The notes under the pieces were generated by a model. The model ran no database searches. It was not told the origin of the DNA and was given only the letters and a program-made list of their open reading frames with translations. A DNA stretch of 64,000 bases, from the NCBI GenBank assembly GCA_045632145.1, contig JAZQWB010000005.1, positions 23,949-87,948 on the forward strand, written 5' to 3'. Below, piece by piece: positions 59,361 through 64,000 of the stretch (its first letter is position 1; each line of letters begins with the position of its first letter). The position numbers and the translations under genes were made by a program. This DNA comes from Eubacteriales bacterium (lineage in GTDB: Bacteria > Bacillota > Clostridia > Oscillospirales > CAG-272).

Positions 59361-60869
59361 ATGGCAAACGAAAACATTAATCAGCCCGTAAACAGCACCA
59401 GCGAGCTTGCTGTGCGCCGCGAAAAGCTTAACAACCTTTATGCTTCGGGCAATAATCCCTTTGAAATTACAAAGTACGACAGAACTCACGAGAGCAAGGA
59501 TGCAATCAAGCTCTTTGAGGAAAAGGAGCCCACCCTTGCTGAGGGTGAGGTAATCACCGTTCGCCTCGCAGGTAGAATGGTTTCCAGACGTATCATGGGT
59601 AAGGCATCCTTCGCACACCTTCTTGACGATCAGGGCAAGATTCAGCTCTACGTTGCACGCGACGGTGTTGGCGAGGAGGTTTATCCCTCCTTCAAGAAGT
59701 GGGACGTTGGTGATATCATTGGTGTAGAGGGTCACCTCTTCCGTACCAGAACAGGCGAGATTTCTGTTCACGCAACATCCATCACCCTTCTTGCTAAGTC
59801 TCTCCTTCCCCTCCCCGAGAAGTTCCACGGTCTTACCAATCTTGAGCAGAGATACAGACAGAGATACGTTGACCTTATCGTTAACCCCGAGGTTAAGGAT
59901 ACCTTCGTAAAGAGATCCAAGATCCTCTCTCTCATCAGAAGCTACCTTGATTCCAAGGGCTACCTTGAGGTAGATACCCCCATTCTTCTTCCTATCGAGA
60001 TCGGTGCTTCTGCAAGATCCTTCAAGACCCACCACAACACCCTTGACATTCCTATGTACCTCCGTATAGAGACCGAGCTTTACCTCAAGCGTCTTATCGT
60101 TGGCGGTATGCACAAGGTATATGAGGTTGGCCGTATCTTCAGAAACGAGGGTATGGACCCCAAGCACAACCCCGAGTTTACTACCATTGAGCTTTACGAG
60201 GCATTCACCGATTACTACGGTATGATGGACCTTGTTGAGGAGCTTTACAAGATGCTTGCAAAGGAGGTTTGCGGCGATACCAAGATTACCTATCAGGGTA
60301 TCGAGATCGACCTCGGCAAGTGGGAAAGGCTCACCATGGTTGACGCGGTTAAGAAGTATGCCGGCGTTGACTACCACAGCTGGACATCCGACGAGGACGC
60401 AAGAGCCGATGCAAAGAAGCATCACGTTGAGGTTCCCGCTGATGCAACCAAGGGTACTGTGCTTGTAGAGTTCTTCGATGCATTCGTTGAGGACAAGCTT
60501 ATTCAGCCCACCTTCATCTACGACTATCCCGTTGAGAACTCTCCTCTCGCAAAGAGAAAGCCCACCGATCCCGCTTTCACCGAGAGATTTGAGTACTTCA
60601 TCAACTGCACCGAGTACGGTAATGCATTCTCCGAGCTTAACGATCCCATCGACCAGCGCGAGAGATTTGAAAAGCAGGTTGCAAAGAAGAAGGCTGAGGA
60701 TCCCACCTCTCCTGCAGAGGTTGACTACGATTACGTTACCGCCCTTGAGTACGGTATGCCTCCCACAGGCGGTCTCGGCTTTGGCGTTGACAGACTCGTA
60801 ATGCTTCTCACCGACAGCGCTTCTATCAGAGACGTATTGCTCTTCCCCACAATGAAGCCTGAAACATAA
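59361..60869 (+). CDS. lysS: Lysine--tRNA ligase (class II)
   Basis: RYRQRYVDL, ELYLKRL.VGG, FRNEG...HNPEFT, YGMPPTGG.G.G.DRL, IRDVLLFP. Confidence 0.99.
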   Translation: MANENINQPVNSTSELAVRREKLNNLYASGNNPFEITKYDRTHESKDAIKLFEEKEPTLAEGEVITVRLAGRMVSRRIMGKASFAHLLDDQGKIQLYVARDGVGEEVYPSFKKWDVGDIIGVEGHLFRTRTGEISVHATSITLLAKSLLPLPEKFHGLTNLEQRYRQRYVDLIVNPEVKDTFVKRSKILSLIRSYLDSKGYLEVDTPILLPIEIGASARSFKTHHNTLDIPMYLRIETELYLKRLIVGGMHKVYEVGRIFRNEGMDPKHNPEFTTIELYEAFTDYYGMMDLVEELYKMLAKEVCGDTKITYQGIEIDLGKWERLTMVDAVKKYAGVDYHSWTSDEDARADAKKHHVEVPADATKGTVLVEFFDAFVEDKLIQPTFIYDYPVENSPLAKRKPTDPAFTERFEYFINCTEYGNAFSELNDPIDQRERFEKQVAKKKAEDPTSPAEVDYDYVTALEYGMPPTGGLGFGVDRLVMLLTDSASIRDVLLFPTMKPET

Positions 60870-61020
60870 TTATTCCAATGCACGCCCCCGAGCCGTCGCA
60901 TAGTCGAAATATTCGTAAGGCAAGCCTCACTTTATTTCTCCTTGCTTTAGGCTCATCACTTCGTGAAAACGATACTCAATCGTTTTCACTCGTTCACCCA
61001 CAATGAAGCCTGAGGTTTAA
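60846..61020. repeat. Structured insert bounded by a 17-bp direct repeat of the lysS 3' end
   Basis: CCCACAATGAAGCCTGA at 60846-60862 and 60997-61013; internal hairpins at 60890-60954 and 60963-60989. Confidence 0.75.
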
Positions 61021-61087
61021 GCTTCATCCAAGCATTTTCAACCGATTTGACTAATTTAAAAGCTTAACTATTATAGGAGAAACAACT

Positions 61088-61276
61088 ATGGAAAAGAAAC
61101 TTTACAGATCTAAGACCAACAAGAAGATTTTTGGTGTATGCGGCGGTCTTGCAGAATACTTTGACATCGATGCTACCATCATTCGTCTTGTTCTTGTTCT
61201 TGCAGTACTCTTTGCAGGAGTTGGCGTTCTTGCATATCTTATTGCGGCTCTTGTTATTCCCAATCAGCCCGACTAA
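61088..61276 (+). CDS. PspC domain protein
   Basis: KLYRS...[26 protein letters not shown]. Confidence 0.9.
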   Translation: MEKKLYRSKTNKKIFGVCGGLAEYFDIDATIIRLVLVLAVLFAGVGVLAYLIAALVIPNQPD

Positions 61277-61403
61277 TTAAAAACATAATGCTTAAAACCG
61301 ACGAGGGTATTGCACTTTCGTCGGTTTTGTGCTATAATAAAGTAAATTCTGCTATACCGATATGGCTTTATAGTTGAATAATACATAAAAAAGGAGAAAA
61401 ATT

Positions 61404-62351
61404 ATGCCTTTTCTTGTTACGTTTTTAGTAATTATAGTTGCAATTTTGTGCACCTGCGTTAAGATTGTTCCCCAGGCACACGAGTATGTAATCGAGTTCC
61501 TCGGTAAGTACCAGAAAACCTGGTGTGCAGGTCTTCACTTCAAGATTCCCGTGCTTCAGAGAATAGCAAAGGAAATCACTCTCAAGGAGCAGGTTCTTGA
61601 CTCTCCTCCCCAGCCCGTTATCACCAAGGATAACGTTACTATGCAGATCGACACCGTTATCTACTACTCTATATACAACGCAAAGCTTTATGCTTACGGT
61701 GCGGTAAATCCCATTTCTGCTCTCTCCAACCTTGCGGCGACCACTCTTCGTAACCTGGTAGGTGAGCTTGAGCTTGACGGCACCCTCACCTCTCGTGACA
61801 CCATCAACGCAAAGATGACCGAGATTCTTGACGAGGCTACCGACAAGTGGGGTATCAAGGTTAACCGCGTGGAGCTTAAGAATATTATTCCTCCCGCAGA
61901 GATCCAGAATGCCATGGAAAAGCAGATGAAGGCAGAGCGTGACCGTAGAGAGACCCTGCTTCAGGCAGAGGGTCACAAGGCGGCGGCCATCACTCGCGCA
62001 GAGGGTGACAAGCAGGCTATGATTCTTGCTGCAGAGGGTGAGAGAGATGCTCGCATCGCTCGTGCAGAGGGTGAAGCAAAGGCTATCTACCTTGCAAAGA
62101 AGGCAGAGGCTGACGGTCTCCGCGCACTTAAGGAGGCAGGCGTTGACAATGCTGTCCTTGAGCTCAAGAAGTACGAGGCACTTGTGGCTATGTCTAACGG
62201 CAAGGCGTCCAAGATCATCGTTCCCACAGATGCAGTTGAGATGACCAAGGCTAACGTTATCTTCTCCGAGACCTCCGGTCTTGGTGACGTTACTCCTCCC
62301 TCCCCCGAGGAGCCCGCGCCCGAGGAAGCACCCGATCCCTGCTGCGACTAA
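61404..62351 (+). CDS. SPFH/band-7 (QmcA-like) membrane protein
   Basis: PQPVITKDNV, TTLRN..G, WGIKV.RVE, QMKAER.RR, AEG repeats. Confidence 0.92.
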   Translation: MPFLVTFLVIIVAILCTCVKIVPQAHEYVIEFLGKYQKTWCAGLHFKIPVLQRIAKEITLKEQVLDSPPQPVITKDNVTMQIDTVIYYSIYNAKLYAYGAVNPISALSNLAATTLRNLVGELELDGTLTSRDTINAKMTEILDEATDKWGIKVNRVELKNIIPPAEIQNAMEKQMKAERDRRETLLQAEGHKAAAITRAEGDKQAMILAAEGERDARIARAEGEAKAIYLAKKAEADGLRALKEAGVDNAVLELKKYEALVAMSNGKASKIIVPTDAVEMTKANVIFSETSGLGDVTPPSPEEPAPEEAPDPCCD

Positions 62352-62364
62352 TTGAATTTTTATA

Positions 62365-62396
62365 GGAGCTAGCCTTAAGGTTTAGCTCCTTTTTTA
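62365..62396 (+). terminator. Intrinsic terminator
   Basis: aggagcta-gccttaaggtt-tagctcct-ttttt. Confidence 0.7.
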
Positions 62397-62470
62397 TTTT
62401 TGAAGCAGGCTATTGCACTTTGCTGTCTTTTGTGCTAAAATATAATAAAACAAAGAAAGGAGGAAGAAAA

Positions 62471-63826
62471 ATGCCTTATACAGATATGGAAATGGCGAAA
62501 ATGATAGCCGAGGGTGCTGATGCACTTGGTGGCTGTGCCTACTTTGTGGGTGGCTACGTGAGAGATATGATAAAGGGCGACGAGGGCAAGGATATTGACA
62601 TTGAGGTTCACGGTCTGACTCCCGATCAGCTGAAGGGTCTGCTGGACTCTCTGGGACAGAGACTTGATATGGGCGAGAGCTTTGGCATCTTTGGTCTTAA
62701 GGGCTATTCTATCGACATTGCTATGCCACGCAAGGAGAGCTGTAGAGGTAAGGGACATCGGGATTTTGACGTTTTTGTTGATCCTCATATCGGCACACTC
62801 GGTGCGGCAAAGCGCCGCGACTTTACCGTAAACGCTATGATGCAGAATATTCTCACAGGCGAGATCATCGACCACTTCGGCGGACGAGAGGATCTTGAAA
62901 AAGGCATTATCCGTCACGTAAACGACTCCTCCTTTTCCGAGGACCCCTTAAGAGTGCTGAGAGGCGCACAGTTTGCCTCCCGATTCAACTTTGAGATTGC
63001 AGAGGAGACCAAGGCACTCTGCCGCAGTATGGACATCTCTACCCTGCCGAGGGAGAGAATTATGGGCGAGACCCAAAAGGCACTCCTGAAGGCCGAGAGA
63101 CCCTCTATCTTCTTTGAAAAAATGCGTGAGATGGGTCAGCTGTCGGTATGGTTTCCCGAGCTTGAGGCTCTCATAGGTGTGGAGCAGAATCCCAAATATC
63201 ATTCCGAGGGTGACGTGTGGGTGCACACCATGATGGTGCTGGACCAGGCGGCAGGAATTAAGCAATACTCCTCGAATCCCTTAGGCTTTATGCTCTCGGC
63301 GGTGGCTCACGATATGGGCAAGGCTGTTGCAACTGAGATCATTGACGGTGTTATTCACGCATACGGTCACGAGGTGAAGGGTCTGCCTCTTGTGAAGTCC
63401 TTTATGGAGAGACTGACAAGCGAGAATGCACTTATCAAATACGTGCTGAATATGGCAGAGCTGCATATGAAGCCAAACGTGATCGCGGCTGTAAATGCCT
63501 CTGTAAAATCAAGCAACAAAATGTTAGACTCGGCCATCGACCCCGAGGGACTTATCTGCCTTGCTATTGCAGACGGTCTGGGAAAAACCTCGCCACTTGA
63601 GTACGTTTCCTACAACGATTATTTCAGAGAGAGGGTGGCAATCTACCGCGAGTATATGTCCCGTCCCTACGTAATGGGTCAGGATCTTATCAAAGCAGGA
63701 CTTAAGCCCTCAAAGGATTTTTCCGACTATCTTGACTACGCACACAAGCTCCGCCTTGCAGGTGTGGACAAGGAGTCGGCACTGAAGCAGACTCTCAGCT
63801 ATGCAAAAAAGTCGAAAAAGCAGTAA
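62471..63826 (+). CDS. cca: CCA-adding tRNA nucleotidyltransferase with HD domain
   Basis: VGGYVRD..DIDIE, RRDFTVNAM, EDPLRVLR, HT..HDMGK..H. ATG 62471 has a GGAGG RBS. Confidence 0.85.
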   Translation: MPYTDMEMAKMIAEGADALGGCAYFVGGYVRDMIKGDEGKDIDIEVHGLTPDQLKGLLDSLGQRLDMGESFGIFGLKGYSIDIAMPRKESCRGKGHRDFDVFVDPHIGTLGAAKRRDFTVNAMMQNILTGEIIDHFGGREDLEKGIIRHVNDSSFSEDPLRVLRGAQFASRFNFEIAEETKALCRSMDISTLPRERIMGETQKALLKAERPSIFFEKMREMGQLSVWFPELEALIGVEQNPKYHSEGDVWVHTMMVLDQAAGIKQYSSNPLGFMLSAVAHDMGKAVATEIIDGVIHAYGHEVKGLPLVKSFMERLTSENALIKYVLNMAELHMKPNVIAAVNASVKSSNKMLDSAIDPEGLICLAIADGLGKTSPLEYVSYNDYFRERVAIYREYMSRPYVMGQDLIKAGLKPSKDFSDYLDYAHKLRLAGVDKESALKQTLSYAKKSKKQ

Positions 63827-63863
63827 ACTAGCACAAATATTGTTAAAAAAACTACAAAAATCC

Positions 63864-63892
63864 TTGACAAAAGGACTTGTTTCTGCTAAAAT
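63864..63892 (+). promoter_or_regulatory. Sigma-A promoter for the next gene, which is outside the window
   Basis: TTGACA-17 bp-TAAAAT with TG extension. Confidence 0.8.
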
Positions 63893-63911
63893 AATTGTAT
63901 ATTTTATTTTA

Positions 63912-64000
63912 AAGGCGTTTGAGCAGAGATCAGTAACGTCCGCGTGGGTGCACAGAGAGCCGTCGTTTGGTGCAAGACGGAGAGCCACAAGACGCGAATT
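63912..64000 (+). ncRNA. T-box riboswitch stem I, truncated by the window edge
   Basis: CAGTA, CAGAGAG and GGTGCAAG motifs with the CCGTC/GACGG stem, ending at GAA; the specifier codon is cut off. Confidence 0.75.

Noticed and set aside
63995..64000. Amino-acid specificity of the terminal T-box
   Set aside because: The specifier codon and downstream gene fall outside the window

Overview
This window is 64 kb of chromosome from a spore-forming Clostridia-class bacterium (Bacillota), inferred from the spoIIA operon, CIRCE element, T-boxes and sigma-A promoters. Most of it is housekeeping: groESL, valS, hisS, lysS, prfB, pcrA, queA, dapA, the sepF cluster, ribF-prmA-rsmE, greA and cca. The left 11 kb is an accessory glycoside locus: two GH3 enzymes, a GtrA-like membrane protein and two surface proteins sharing a ~120-aa domain I do not recognise. 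Best leads: (1) a phage-CI-like XRE-S24 switch with four operators, without any phage genes, pointing two small genes into spoIIAA-spoIIAB-sigF; (2) the shared surface domain; (3) long imperfect hairpins abutting stop codons that fold best antisense to their host genes, plus a related insert duplicating the lysS 3' end; (4) a DnaA-box cluster with no dnaA nearby, where gene-strand bias flips; (5) a yybP-ykoY riboswitch operon whose Ca/Na antiporter has Glu->His in its ion-binding repeat. I saw no rRNA, tRNA, CRISPR array, transposase or integrase. All calls come from reading motifs by eye; no searches were run.
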